This document shows positions 1-13,961 of a stretch of DNA of 64,000 nt, one piece after another. The stretch is from Eledone cirrhosa (taxonomy: Eukaryota). Location of the stretch: assembly GCA_964016885.1 (NCBI GenBank), contig OZ024744.1, forward strand, positions 96,844,001 through 96,908,000. The letters are read 5' to 3'. The position numbers and the translations under genes were made by a program. A model generated the notes under the pieces. It did no database searches. It saw only the letters and a list, made by a program, of their open reading frames with translations, and was not told the origin of the DNA. Numbering within the stretch: position 1 is the first letter of the stretch; each line of letters starts with the position of its first letter.

Positions 1-356
1 ATTTTGGGGTAGAAGAAGGCAGATTTCAGTTTTGAATGGAAGGAGTATGAAGAATGAAAAGTTTATTTTAGGGGTGAAAGTAGGTCAGGTCATTAAAAGG
101 TAACACGAAAAGTTGCTGTTATAAAAGAATAATGCCAATGTAAATATCTAAGGAGACTAAACTTTTACGATAAAAGTGTTAGTGAAAAAAATATATATAT
201 GGAATTTACATCTATGAAAAGAATATAAATTAATTTAATTGATGGGTATATTTATATTGATAAAATTATATTAATGCATATAGATATGATAAATAAGAGT
301 TAGATGTAATTGAATAGTGCTGTTAAAGACGAGGGGAAATTAAATAGATATAAAAA

Positions 357-453
<97 letters not shown>

Positions 454-687
454 TTGGGGGGAGGGGGTAAATTTATTAGTGAGAAATAATAAATATATAG
501 AGATTTCAAGTAACATAGAATCATAACCTGAAATTAAAACATTATATATGTTTACTTAATGGTATCAATTTCAGGAAAAGATAGTTGTAAGAAGGAAAGT
601 AAAATTATGTAGTTCATCAGTAGTAGAATATTAATTATAGGTTAACTAAATTAAAGATAGTTTTTATATTAATTTCTAAAATGTATA

Positions 688-955
688 TTAATTAGGTTTA
701 TAATATTTAAAGGTTTTTCTCAGTTTATGATTACACGATATTATTAATTCCTGTCGCTTATTTAATAGGATATCCTTAGATTTCATTATTTCAAAAAGTT
801 CTTGGGAACATAATTTACATTCATATCTATTATTTTGATAAGGGGGTGGCCCTTTTGAGCACACTCCAGGTCAGGTCATAATCTATATTCCTCTTTCTAT
901 AATTATTAATTATTTCAGCTAGAGATGTTGTATTAGCTATGCGGCATTTTTTGCT

Positions 956-958
<3 letters not shown>
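688..958 (-). pseudogene. Penelope-like element GIY-YIG endonuclease C-terminal remnant
   Basis: Minus-strand translation with one frameshift: NTTSLAEIINNYRKRNIDYDLTWSVLKRATP/YQNNRYECKLCSQELFEIMKSKDILLNKRQELIISCNHKLRKTFKYYKPN*. This matches the PLE W-x-(I/V)L...PY...CxLC-x-E...LLNKRxE...CxH pattern. Truncated at a (TA)n tract. Confidence 0.8.
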
Positions 959-1008
<50 letters not shown>

Positions 1009-1139
1009 GTGGTTACACAACAGTTAGTTCACCATACCGGACCTAACCACTTCTACCTAACTCGTCCCTTGGACTGAGTGCTCTACTACTACGGATATTA
1101 CCTTCCAGTGTTCCACCACTATATATATATATATATATG

Positions 1140-1281
<142 letters not shown>

Positions 1282-1552
1282 TACATACATATATATACAA
1301 GCAAATTATAAACGTAAACATGTAAGTATGTTTTTGAAACGGTGCGCGAGTTTGAAATTATAAATTATAAATTATAAGCTTTCACCGTCTGGATAACCAA
1401 AGATGTGGGTTCGACTCCCATGTACGGCAACACTCATCTTTTTCCATTTCTCCGAGGGTTATAAACCCCACTATCAGGCTAGAAATTTCTTTAGTCTAAA
1501 ATAGGAAGTTTATAATTTCTAATTTCTAATATATATATATGTATATAAATAA

Positions 1553-1617
<65 letters not shown>

Positions 1618-2736
1618 AATAAACACATATATATGCATATATATATGTGTGTGTGTGTGTATGTATAAGTTTACACATTTACACATTTATAAACGCATAG
1701 AAACAAACGCACACACATATATATATGGGAATGGTTTACTTGTGTGTATATATATATGTATACATACATGCATATATATGAGGGTTTCTTTTTTGATTTT
1801 CGGATAACTGATTGTTCAAGAAAACTGATTGTAATCACATACTGACATTTAGGATATAATATATATTCTAAATGTACATTTTAATGTACAAAAGTTAATG
1901 TACGTGTATTCCAAGTTGTAGGGCAGAGTTTTGCATCTAAATAGCTGAAGTTTTGCATGGGGACACATCCTTTCATAGGTTAGGCTCCTTTGTCAGAATA
2001 AATAACATGAAAATTTATAGATAATGATTTATTAATATTTATTTCTATTATAGACAGAAGGCCAGTAATTTGGGGGCGAGGGAAAATTGATTAAATAGAC
2101 CGCAGTGCATTAGTGGTGCTTATTTTGTCGACCCCGTAAGGACGAAAGGCAAGGTTAACTCCGGCGGGATTTGAACGTAGAACGTAAAGGGATGTAACTC
2201 CATGAGATTAATTAGAGGGGTTGGCATGAGGGCGGTGGGGGGGACTGAAAAATTAATAAGCAGATTAGGGGACGATTATTTGAGTATGTGTTTGGTTTAT
2301 ATCATTTCTAGGTCGCGTGTGTGTGTGTCTATGTATGTGTGTGTGGGGGGTGGGGGGTTTGATTATTGCCTGATTGGACTAAACGTAATGGCTACACTAC
2401 TTTTCAGGACCGCAAGCCTGAAAAGTGTTTGTATATTTTTAAATAGGCTTCTCGTTTGTTTAAAATTTTAAGTTTGAAAAGTAAAAATTCTTTTGAATAT
2501 CACTTTAACGCTTCAACTCAGTAAATTAGAATTGATCTATAGGCAATTCTTATACGTATATATACCTCTTTAAAACATGAAATCGGTTTGGTGTCCGTAT
2601 AATGGACATTGTCTCGTTTTCGCTTCGGTCATTTTTCGACTTCTTCGTTATATATTCAAAATCTATTGATTTCAATATGCTGTTTTAGCAAATTTGAAAA
2701 AGCCCGAGTACGACAGAGAGTATCTATGTATCTATG

Positions 2737-2767
<31 letters not shown>

Positions 2768-2859
2768 ATATATATACATGCTGCTGTGCGTCTGTATGCA
2801 TGTGTGTGTGTACGTATACATACTTATATTTAAGTAACAGCCGTACTAAGAGTGAGAAA

Positions 2860-2902
2860 TGAAATTTCGTTTCATTTTTTCCGTATATATTTTATATATA
2901 TG

Positions 2903-2973
<71 letters not shown>

Positions 2974-2988
2974 GTATATTTATATATG

Positions 2989-3037
<49 letters not shown>

Positions 3038-3560
3038 GTATACATGTATATATGTATATATGTATATATGTATATATATATATGTATATGTGTATATATA
3101 TGTGTATATATATATATGTGTATATATGTATATATATATGTATATATATGTATATGTGTATATATATATATATTTATATGTGTATATATATATATGTATA
3201 TATGTATATATATATATTTATATATATGTATATATATATATATGTATATATATATGTATATATATATATGTATATGTGTATATGTGTATATATATATATA
3301 TGTTTATATATATGTATATATATATATGTATATATATATGTATATATATATATGTATATATATATATATGTATATATATATGTATATATATATATGTAAA
3401 TATATATATCTATATATATATATATCTATATATATATATATGTGTATATATATGTATATATATATGTATATATATATATGTATATATATATGTATGTATA
3501 TATATATGTATATATATATATGTATATATATATATGTACATATATATATATATATATATT
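2860..3560. repeat. Long degenerate (TA)n/(TATG)n microsatellite
   Basis: Direct inspection. It produces the spurious YI/YV-rich ORFs. Confidence 0.95.
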
Positions 3561-3561
3561 A

Positions 3562-4170
3562 TGTCAGGTCACCAGTTGGTGCTACTGGTAACATGTATCC
3601 CAGTACAACCTGTCTCATGGTCGGGTCGTTGGCGACTAAACTGGCAACCCCACCAAGGTTTCTTGGTGAGGAGGGTGACTTTGGACATCCTGCAGGAATA
3701 AAAACAAAACCTGTCCAAGGGCAAAGGAGCTCTTAAGAGTCAATGGCCATCCAAAATCACCAGGAGAGATGACCCCTTAGCCTTTGTCAAGGCAGAATTC
3801 TAGGAGAAGGAAAACTCTGATTTAACACCTGCAACTCTGATGGTATCCAATGATGTTGACTTGTTCTTCTTTTTGGTAAATATCATCTTGGTTAAGAGAG
3901 TGGGATTGGCCTTGTGCAGTGCCTTTGCTCACTATAAAAGCTTCACGGTACAGGCACTGCTTTATATCTGGAGATCTCTCTGCACTTGTCGTTATATGGT
4001 ACCATGGGCCCAGCACTATATGTCAATAATTGTCACAAATGTAGTGTTTGTACCAGAGTTTTCAAGTCGCTGGCTGGACTAAAAAGTCACACTCGTTCAG
4101 CGCATCGGTAGGGGTTCTCCTACATGGATATAAAGTAGTGGCCGTACTCGAAAACGAGTTGGCAGCCACT
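3562..4170 (+). mobile_element. RTE-derived non-autonomous retroposon (5'UTR-like head fused to RTE 3' end) with (ATGT)n tail
   Basis: Contains an RTE 5'UTR-like motif (ctaggagaaggaaaactctga), a zinc-finger remnant CSVCTRVFKSLAGLKSHTRS, and the 3' end ggccgtactcgaaaacgagttggcagccact followed by (atgt)n. Related copies at 4206-4690, 11650-11940 and 25921-26298. Confidence 0.65.
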
Positions 4171-4205
4171 ATGTATGTATGTATGTATGTATGTATGTAT
4201 GTATG

Positions 4206-4690
4206 TATAAATACAAAGGGCGGAAGAACTCATAAGAGTCAACGGCCATCCAAAAGTGTGTAAATATGTATATACACACGTACTTATGCGTGTATATGTA
4301 TATATGTATATTCATGTGTGCATGCGTATGTATATGCGCGGGGACATAGAAATAGTCGCGCCTGACACCCGATCGCGCGGTTAAATCACTGGGAGTGAAG
4401 GACCCCTAGCCGTTGTCAGGTCATTCTTCTAGGAGAAGGAAACTCAGGAAACTGGGATAACTCCGATATAAAACCTGCGGCTCAGTAGTTACCGATGATG
4501 TTGATCTTTTCTTCTTTTCGGGTTATATCTACTGTCGCTCAGAGAGTGCGATTGGCTCAGTGCACAGTCTTTCCAATCGTAAAAAAAATATTTAGGCACA
4601 GGCAGTGTACTATAACATTAATTGATACTTATTAATAATGTTATATCAGGCAATAGCCACACTCGATAACGAAGGGGCAGCCATCATGTA
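4206..4690 (+). mobile_element. Diverged/partial copy of the RTE-derived retroposon
   Basis: Shares aagagtcaacggccatcc, ctaggagaaggaaaactc, gatgatgttgat...agagagtgcgattggc and the 3' end actcgataacgaaggggcagcca with 3562-4170. Confidence 0.55.
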
Positions 4691-4999
4691 TAATGGCTGC
4701 TATAACGCTTTTTCACACCCACCCTTTTAATATCAACATTTCACATTTAAAGTAGGTCTTTCACTTCGGTGATATGATTTAATTTATGAATTAATATGTT
4801 ATAAAGAATTTTTTAGGCTCTGAGGATAATATTGACACACTTATTTATCTATTTTTAATGGACTAATATCGATTTATATTCGATTCGATATCTCAACATC
4901 TATGTCCATTCTTACTGTGCAATATTTGTCTGCCATTAAATACATACATGTATTCATAAATCTTTGTTCTTCTCTCCAGCATTTTAAGCATGATATATA

Positions 5000-5140
5000 T
5001 ATCAGGACAGACACTGGTCTGTTGGAGATGCAGGACATGGCAGCGATAATGAGGGACAGAGACCGCTGGAGAGAACTCGTCCATGGATCTCGGGAATTTT
5101 ACCCGCCTTAGATAGATAGATAGATAGATAGATAGATATA
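5000..5140 (+). mobile_element. RTE-type LINE 3' terminal fragment with (GATA)n tail
   Basis: Translates RTDTGLLEMQDMAAIMRDRDRWRELVHGSREFYPP*, then (gata)n. Near-identical to 21908-22100. Confidence 0.75.
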
Positions 5141-5651
5141 TATATATATATACCCTTTTTCTCTTCCAGCCTTCCAACGCCCCATATTCTCAAGAAATCT
5201 GGAACTTTGAATGTCCGCACACAATAATTGTAGGCCATTTGACCACAGAATTTCTTTTAGCTACCGTCGTCTCGATTAGAATTAGAATGACATATTTGTA
5301 ACATAATGTAACCCTACATATCTCTAAAAGAAGGATTATTTGTGACTAGAATATCTTTGATCATGTGCCTGCTAAACCAGCGTCGACACAGGGCCAAATA
5401 AAATATAATGATGGAAACATTAATTTGGACCCAATACGATTTATAATAAAAACAGTGAACCGAGAATTAATAGAATAACATTGCTTATTTTTTTGCCACC
5501 TCAAACTGCCCTCGGCTAATACAAATTGAATTCTTAGGTAGAAACACCATTTCAATTTGATATTGAGGAGGTAGGAGAAACAAATCAGCATAACAGTTTA
5601 TACATCGTCAAAGGAAAATAATTGTTTCTTAAGGTTGATTAAAGACTGTTA

Positions 5652-5810
5652 TAGGCGGTGAATTGACGAAGTCATTCGTATGTCGATTAAATGCGTTATG
5701 GAATTCGTTTTGGCTCTCTGTTCTCTGAGTCCAAATCACGCCGAGGTCAACTTTGCATCGTATCCTTTCTAGGTCGAGTAAAAAGTACCAGTTCAGTACT
5801 GGGGTTGATT
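5652..5810 (+). mobile_element. Old diverged copy of the dominant tRNA-SINE
   Basis: ggcggtgaattgacgaag head, tgagtccaaatc B-box remnant, gccgaggtcaactttgc...aagtaccag core. Confidence 0.65.
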
Positions 5811-6642
5811 CTTCCTTTATATCTCTATCTCCCTTATTTTCTATCGCTCTCTGTCTCTCCTTCTCTGGTCTGGTTGAAATCAGTTGTGCTTAAATCCGAA
5901 GAAATAGACTTCGCCAGGTTTTAAAAATGGCTAAGAAACACCGTATTTTAATATGGTGCCCTTATGACTCCACCATGAATTACAGGTCAAAAATAGAGAG
6001 AGAGAGAGAAAAAGCCTATTTTATGACAGAGAATGGCAAGTGGTGGTTTTCTTGTTGTATTCATCAATACAGAAATCGAGTTTCTAGTTTACATAGTTTA
6101 CATAGTTTTCTATAGACATATATAGACATGTTGCTAACTTATATAGATATGTTACTACATATTTATACAAAACCATCAACTGCATTCATGCTCGTTACAT
6201 TTTCTTTTAAAAAGTAGCGGTCGCTTTTTGATAGGATTTTGGTCGAACCTAGAGAGCAGTGAAGTTTCTCAGTGTTCTTGGTCCTCGAAATACTTCCATA
6301 CTCACTACTATAGCAGTGAAGTTGGCCACTTGGAGGAGCGAGCCATGCAAGTTAGAATGTTCATTCTAACACGTCACCCTCGCCAACCCCCGAGTCAATG
6401 TTTTCTCCATTTTGTCCGTTGGAACCACAAGGTGACCTGCACATGGGCTCCCATACACAAGACTAGACACCCCTCACACTGACCCGGCCAGCACCACTGG
6501 CGCAGCGATGTTGAGTTGTACTGTTGTTGAATTATACACATAACTTAACAAAGCTTTCTGTATAAAATTGTGATGAAAGATTTTTAATTTAAATTAAATT
6601 TTATTTTATTTTATTTTATAATTAAAACAATAATAATAATAA

Positions 6643-7560
6643 TAATTGTTTCTACTTTAGGCACAAGGCCAGCAATTACCCAGTGCATTACTGGTACTTT
6701 ATTTTATCGACCCCCGTAAGGATGAAAGGCAAAGTCAACCTCGGCGGGATTTGAACTCAGATCGTAAAGGGACGTAACTATGCTGGAAAGCATGGCGTCC
6801 GACACTCCACCGATACTGTCAATCCACCGCCCTATAATAATAATAATAATAATAATAATAATGGTTTCTCATTTAGGTACATGGCAAACAATTTTGGAAG
6901 AAAGGAAGGCCAATTAAATCGACCCCAGTGTATTACTGGTATTTTATTTTATCGACCCCCGTAATGATAAAAGGCAAAGCTAACCTCGACACGATTTGAA
7001 CTCAGAACATAAAAGAGTGTAGCTATATGCTGTAGGGGCATGGTGTCCGACGCTCTACCGATACTTCCAATCCACCACGCTCAATAATAATAATAATTAT
7101 GGTTTCTGATTTAGACACAAGGCCAACACTTTGGCGGCGAGGGGAAAGTCGATTAAATCGACCTCAGTGCATTACTGCTACTTTATTTTATCGACCGCCA
7201 TAAAGAGGAAAGACAAAAGGTCACCTCGGAGGGATTTGAACTCGGAACGTAAAGGGCCGTAACTCTATGTCGTAAAACATGTTGTCCTATGCTCTACCGG
7301 TACTGCTAATCTACCTCCCTCAATAATAACAATAATAATAATAATTGTCTCTATATTTGGCACAAGGCCAGCAATTAGGGAAGAGGGGTGTGTCGATTAA
7401 ATCGACCTCAGTACGTTACTCGTACTTTATTTTATCGACCCCCTTAAGGATGAAAGGCAAAGTTAACCTCGGCGGGATTTGAACTCAGATCATAAAGAGC
7501 CGTAACTCTATGCTGCTAAGCATGGTGTCCGAACCTCTACCGATACTGCCAATCCACCGA
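6643..7560 (-). mobile_element. Head-to-tail array of 4 tRNA-derived SINE copies separated by (AAT)n
   Basis: Copies at about 6643-6832, 6860-7080, 7098-7320 and 7343-7560. Sense consensus: GGCGGTGGATTGGCAGTATCGG (A box)...GAGTTCAAATCCC (B box)...CTTTGCCTTTCATCCTTACGGGGTCGATAAAATAAAGTACCAG...GGCCTTGTGCCAAAAGTAGAAACAATT. Confidence 0.9.
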
Positions 7561-7644
7561 ACCTTTACTCAGCTTCTTCAACGTTTATTCACTTGATCTT
7601 TAAGCCGCGACATGAGAATAGAACAACAGAATACAATTCCTTTC

Positions 7645-7872
7645 TAACTAACTAACTAACAAACTGACTAACTAACTAACTTACTAACTAACTAACTAAC
7701 TAACTAACTGACTAACTAACTAACTAACAAACTGACTAACTAACTAACTAACAAACTGACTAACTAACTAACTTACTAACTTACTAACTAACTAACTAAC
7801 TGACTAACTAACTGACTAACTAACTAACTGACTAACTAACTAACTTACTAACTAACTAACTTACTAACTAAG
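7645..7872. repeat. (ACTA)n tetranucleotide microsatellite
   Basis: Direct inspection. Confidence 0.95.
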
Positions 7873-7995
7873 TAAAATGGAAATATGACGACGACCTTGA
7901 TAGCGAATTCGTCGCTGATCATTTTGATACAAATTTAAATCCACATAAAGAAATGTACACTGAGGAGTAGTGATCTTGAATTATAGAGAAAAATC

Positions 7996-8032
<37 letters not shown>

Positions 8033-8711
8033 CGTAGTGTAGTTAATACAAAGCATTGTGAGATCTGTAATAAAAGACTGATAAATAAGAAAATAAAAAA
8101 ATAATGGGAAAAGAAAAAAAAGAAAAAAGTTGACTGCTGATGAGATAAAAGTTGAATATATCGGTTTATAATACTGCCCGTAAACAAACAAATAACTAAA
8201 TTGCAAAAAAAAAAAAAAAAAAAAAAAAGTGTTTATAAAAGTTCATAACTTATTTCTCCAATTAAATATAGAGTTCTTATAAACTAGCAATTAAATCTGA
8301 ACGCAATTCAACTCTAGATCAGAATTAATCTGATTATATCAATAATATGTTTAAATTTTAGTTTCTGGATCACGGTCAAGGTAAAATTAGCAGAAGCTAC
8401 AAATATTATAATCCTATTATCATACTATTTCACTTATATGATTACTTACTCACACACAGGCTACTTATATGCACGAATATAAATTATTGTTTTACTCGCT
8501 GTAATTCACCTTGATAAAGGTCCGAGTTTATATCAGATTCTCAACATAAGTTTTAAATTTACGAGAACAAATCCACGCATTACGCTGGCCTACATTTCAG
8601 TACAGTCAAACTGAATTCTGACTCTCTTTATTGCTTAAAATTGTTTTACAGCATTGTTTGGCAAAATTCTCTTGAAAGTCTACCATTAAACTGTACGCAT
8701 ATAGTTATAAA

Positions 8712-9046
8712 TACTGTATTTGACGGCTTATAAAACGTATGGGTTTATAAGACGCACCTCAATTTGGAGAGGCATTAAAATAAATGGGTTTAAACTTCGA
8801 ATGTCAGGTGAAGTGTATAATGTTTGTACATCGTATTTTTATTTTTTTTATTATCATTCTACATCGTAATTCTAGTTGTAATATTTTAGTACATTTTTAA
8901 AACATAAGGAAGTGTGAAAATTGGATTTAAGGGCCACTACAACACTAGAAATCCACTAGTAAGTAACCCAAACTGACCAAAGACACAGGGTGATTTTCTG
9001 GGATATTTTAGGAAAAACAGGTTAGTCTTATAAGCTGTCAAAAATA
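8712..9046. mobile_element. Probable Tc2/pogo-like MITE
   Basis: Imperfect terminal inverted repeats (ta)ctgtatttgacggcttataa ... gtcttataagctgtcaaaaata, with an internal tataagacgcac motif. The right end is interrupted by a SINE. Confidence 0.5.
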
Positions 9047-9051
9047 ATAAT

Positions 9052-9378
9052 AATTGTTTCTACATTTGGCACAAGGCCAGCAATTACCCAGTACATTACT
9101 GGTACTTTATTTTATCGACCTCGTAAGGATGAAAAGCAAACTTAACCTCGACGGGATTTGAACTCAGATCGTAAAGGGACGTAACTATGCTGGAAAGCAT
9201 GGCGTCCAATCCTCTACCGATACTGCCAATTCACCGCCATTCACCGCTAATTCACCGCCCGTCAAAAAAAATAATAAAAATTGTTTCTACTTTTGACACA
9301 AGGCCAGCAATTATTTCAGCGTATTACTGGTACTTTATTTTATCGACCCCTTAAGGATGAAAGGCAAGGTTAACATCG
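9052..9378 (-). mobile_element. One full and one partial tRNA-SINE copy
   Basis: Same consensus. gtcaaaaa(aa)ataataa is repeated at about 9037 and 9261 as a likely TSD. Confidence 0.85.
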
Positions 9379-9971
9379 AATAATTACAACTATAATAACG
9401 GCAATAATAAAAAAAGAAAAGGAAACATAGGGAAAAAAAGAATAGGGAAATATAGAGAAAAAAGAGAAAAAGAAAGAAGAAAAATAACGGGAAGGGGAGG
9501 GGAAAGAAAGAGCTCGGGTGTCGCAGAAGAGAGGTGAGGAGTGAAGTGGGAGGGTGATTGGGTTTTGGGCCTATGGCAAGGGAGCAGAAGGGCAGCGCCC
9601 CTCGGACAAGACCGCAAAAGCATTCCCGCGAATGATGGCCAGCGACATCTGCTGCAACAGTCACCCAACCTCGGGGGGCTCCCTCCTCAGACGGGCCGCC
9701 GACGTTCCGAAAGGTATATGCTAATCAAATAACTGCTAATATCTTTATAGTTACGGATATTAATTAAACATCCGATTTAGAAATTTGAAATGAATTCGAA
9801 CCAACGCAGGTGACTATAATAATACTCGATCCCTATAAATAATAGATGAAAAAAAATATAGGTAAAATATACTATCCTCAGGTGGATATAGAAAAACTAG
9901 TTTCCCAAAATCTTTTTTAATTCCCGTTTTGAGTCATTGAAATATTATACATACATACATGCATGCATATA

Positions 9972-10102
<131 letters not shown>

Positions 10103-10218
10103 AGAATTAGTATATCTACTAACATATATATACAGATGCATACTTATGCCAGCAAATATATAGGTTTTGTCTTAGTAACTTTGTGGTTCAATGCATGGGG
10201 ATGCAGAACAATAATATG

Positions 10219-11376
<1,158 letters not shown>

Positions 11377-11531
11377 TATATATATATATATATACATATA
11401 TATACATACGTACATACATACATACGTACATACATACATATATGCATACATATATACATACATGTATATATACATACATCATACATACCTACGTACTTAT
11501 ATATATACATACATACATATATAAATACATG

Positions 11532-11563
<32 letters not shown>

Positions 11564-12385
11564 CATACATACATACATACATACATACATACGTACATAC
11601 ATACATACATATTATGTGTGTGTGTGTGTGTAAGTATGTATATATTTATTTTCGGTGATGGTGGGGGGGACTCCAAGTCTTCATTAAGACTTCTTTCTAT
11701 GAGAAAGTCACTCTGATATAAAAGCTGTGACATTCGATGTTCAGAGAGTGGGATTGGCTCCGTGCAAAGCCTTTCCTTACTTAGAAAAATGTTCAAACAC
11801 ATGCATCGCATGTTATGTGACTTTTTGTGTCATGCATGGTATTACTGACCATAGGCAAATCCCTAGCAGGACTAAAAAGCCACGTCCGTGATGCTTAAAT
11901 ATCAAGCGATGGCATTACTTGAAATCGAGTTGCAGCCACCATATATATACATGAACTATGCCTGTAAATAATATTATTTTTTTCTTTTTTCTTTCACATT
12001 GCCTTATTATGTTCCACATTACGCCCCTTTTTTTTCTTTTGTCTTTTCACTTCATAAACCTTGTTTGTAAATAACATTACTCTTTCTGCACCATTTCCTT
12101 AACATGTTCAACACCACCATTTTACACCAATACATATTATTATCATTTGATAATGCATAAAAATTCCGAAACCGGTAATAGACAATTATTAAATATATAA
12201 ATAAATAAATAAATGCCATTGTTAATTAATAAATAAATCAACTAATACCTTAACACTCCGCACAAAGTAAAATATTTCGTTTTAATCATTTTCTAACCAT
12301 AAAAGTGAGAAAAAAAAATAAAAAGGAAAAAAAAAATTTTTTCTTCCTAAAACTCGTGAGCTGATTTTCCGATACTCGATTATTC

Positions 12386-12469
<84 letters not shown>

Positions 12470-12538
12470 ACATACCCTTAAAGAATGCGATTCTTTAAGG
12501 GTATGTCAATATTTATTTATAAAACTGCTCTATATTAT

Positions 12539-12601
12539 ATTTTATCTGATGAAAGCACACCATAATTTAACTTGGTGTCCTTGAAATATGTATAATGAAA
12601 T
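12539..12601 (+). ncRNA. Type I hammerhead ribozyme motif (family A)
   Basis: attttat CTGATGA aagcacacca-taatttaact-tggtgtcctt GAAA tatgta TA atgaaat. Preceded by a hairpin at 12464-12511. Confidence 0.75.
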
Positions 12602-12795
12602 GAATATTGTTTTATAAATATAGTTTCCATTTGTTAATATATCGTATGTATGTATGTATGTATGTATGTATGTATGTATGTATGTATGTATGTATGTATG
12701 TATGTATGTATGTATGTATGTTGTTGTTGTAAATGTTCATTTCAATTCATTCTGAAGCTGTTGTTGCTGTAAACATTAGTGCCGGTGTTGTTGTA

Positions 12796-13312
12796 GATGT
12801 AGGGGTTGAAATCTGGTCGTTTGACTGACGCTAACATCTCTGCTGATACATGGGAAAATATTGCTGCTGATCGTAATAAATGGAGAAAGACTGTATATGA
12901 GGGAAAAGTTGCCTTTGAGGCATCTCGAATCGCATACGAGAAAGTAAAGCGGGATGTGAGGAAGGGCATTTCTGTTGCACTTCCAGACGGCGAGGGTCCT
13001 CCTATGGTGCTGACATGCAGCGTATGTGCGACACTCTGCCTAAGCAAGGCTGAACTCGAAAGTCATCTTCGCAGTCATAAAGTAAGACCAGTGGTTGACT
13101 ACCAGGTTGCTGTTGGAGATGCTACTCATCATGCTTGCCAAGCATGTGGTAGAGAATGTAAATCAGCAGGAGGGCTCAAGCGACATGCAAAAGTACACGA
13201 ACTCCAACCACAGCCGGCTATTCCCAGTGAATGTTTTGGTTGCCGACTCTGTGCAAGACATTTTAGATAATTGGCTGGGCTAAAAAGCCACATTCGATCG
13301 CAGCGCTGTTAG
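12796..13312 (+). pseudogene. RTE-clade LINE ORF C-terminus with three C2H2 zinc fingers
   Basis: ISADTWENIAADRNKWRKTVYEG...RIAYEKVKRDVRK (RTE C-terminus), then CSVC..HLRSH, CQAC..HAKVH and CRLC..*LAGLKSH. An RTE-type 3' end follows at 13625-13665. Confidence 0.75.
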
Positions 13313-13961
13313 TTGCTATCGTGTGTGTGTGTGTGTATAGATATGTTTATGTGTGTGCGTGTATGTGTATATATATATGTATATGTATATTATTATTGTT
13401 GTTGTCGTTATTATTAATGTTGTTATTATTATTATTATTATTAATATTATTATTATTATTATTGTTATTAATGTATATGTGTGTGTATATATGTATATGT
13501 ATATGTGTATATATGTATATGTATATGTATATGTGTATATATATATATATGTATGTATATATATATATATTTCTTTTTTTTCTTTTTATTTTCTTTTTTA
13601 TTTATTTATTAATTTTTTTTCCTCGTGCAATGGCCATACTCGATAACGAGGGGGCAGCCATCATCATGTATGTATGTATGTATGTATGTATGTATGTATG
13701 TATGTATGTATGTATGTATGTATGTATGTATGTATGTATGTATGTATGTATATGTGTGTGTATATATATATATATGGGTGTCTATTTATGCATGTATATA
13801 TACACATATATGGACTTCTGCACAGCGTGCGGCCACGATCCCATAAGGGCATAAGGTCATTTGTCAAATCTAGTCTATGGTATAACGTACCGGCTCTGTT
13901 AGATAATTTTCTAAACTGCATATCGTTACGTAGATAACATTTTCGTTTACTTTACATGTTA

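Noticed and set aside
560-625. CTGATGA...GAAA on the minus strand downstream of the PLE ORF
   Set aside because: Stems I and II do not pair convincingly, so it is not called as a ribozyme.
1-958. Possible mitochondrial insertion (AT-rich, G-skewed)
   Set aside because: No mitochondrial gene motif found. 688-958 translates as a Penelope GIY-YIG tail and the rest is compatible with its 3' UTR.
2859-3736. Long ORFs (161-280 aa) in the ORF track
   Set aside because: Translations of TA/TG microsatellite. The same applies to the YI-, HT-, CV-, L-, S-, N- and T-rich ORFs elsewhere.
6230-6520. GC-richer segment possibly from a LINE 5'UTR or endonuclease start
   Set aside because: No convincing peptide motif could be recovered.
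6643-7560. Regularly spaced repeats resembling a CRISPR array
   Set aside because: Units are ~200 bp tRNA-headed SINEs with microsatellite spacers in eukaryotic DNA; no cas genes.
12135-12182. GAAACCGGTA motif suggesting a hammerhead
   Set aside because: The upstream core reads ttgataa and stem II is unpaired; too degenerate to call.
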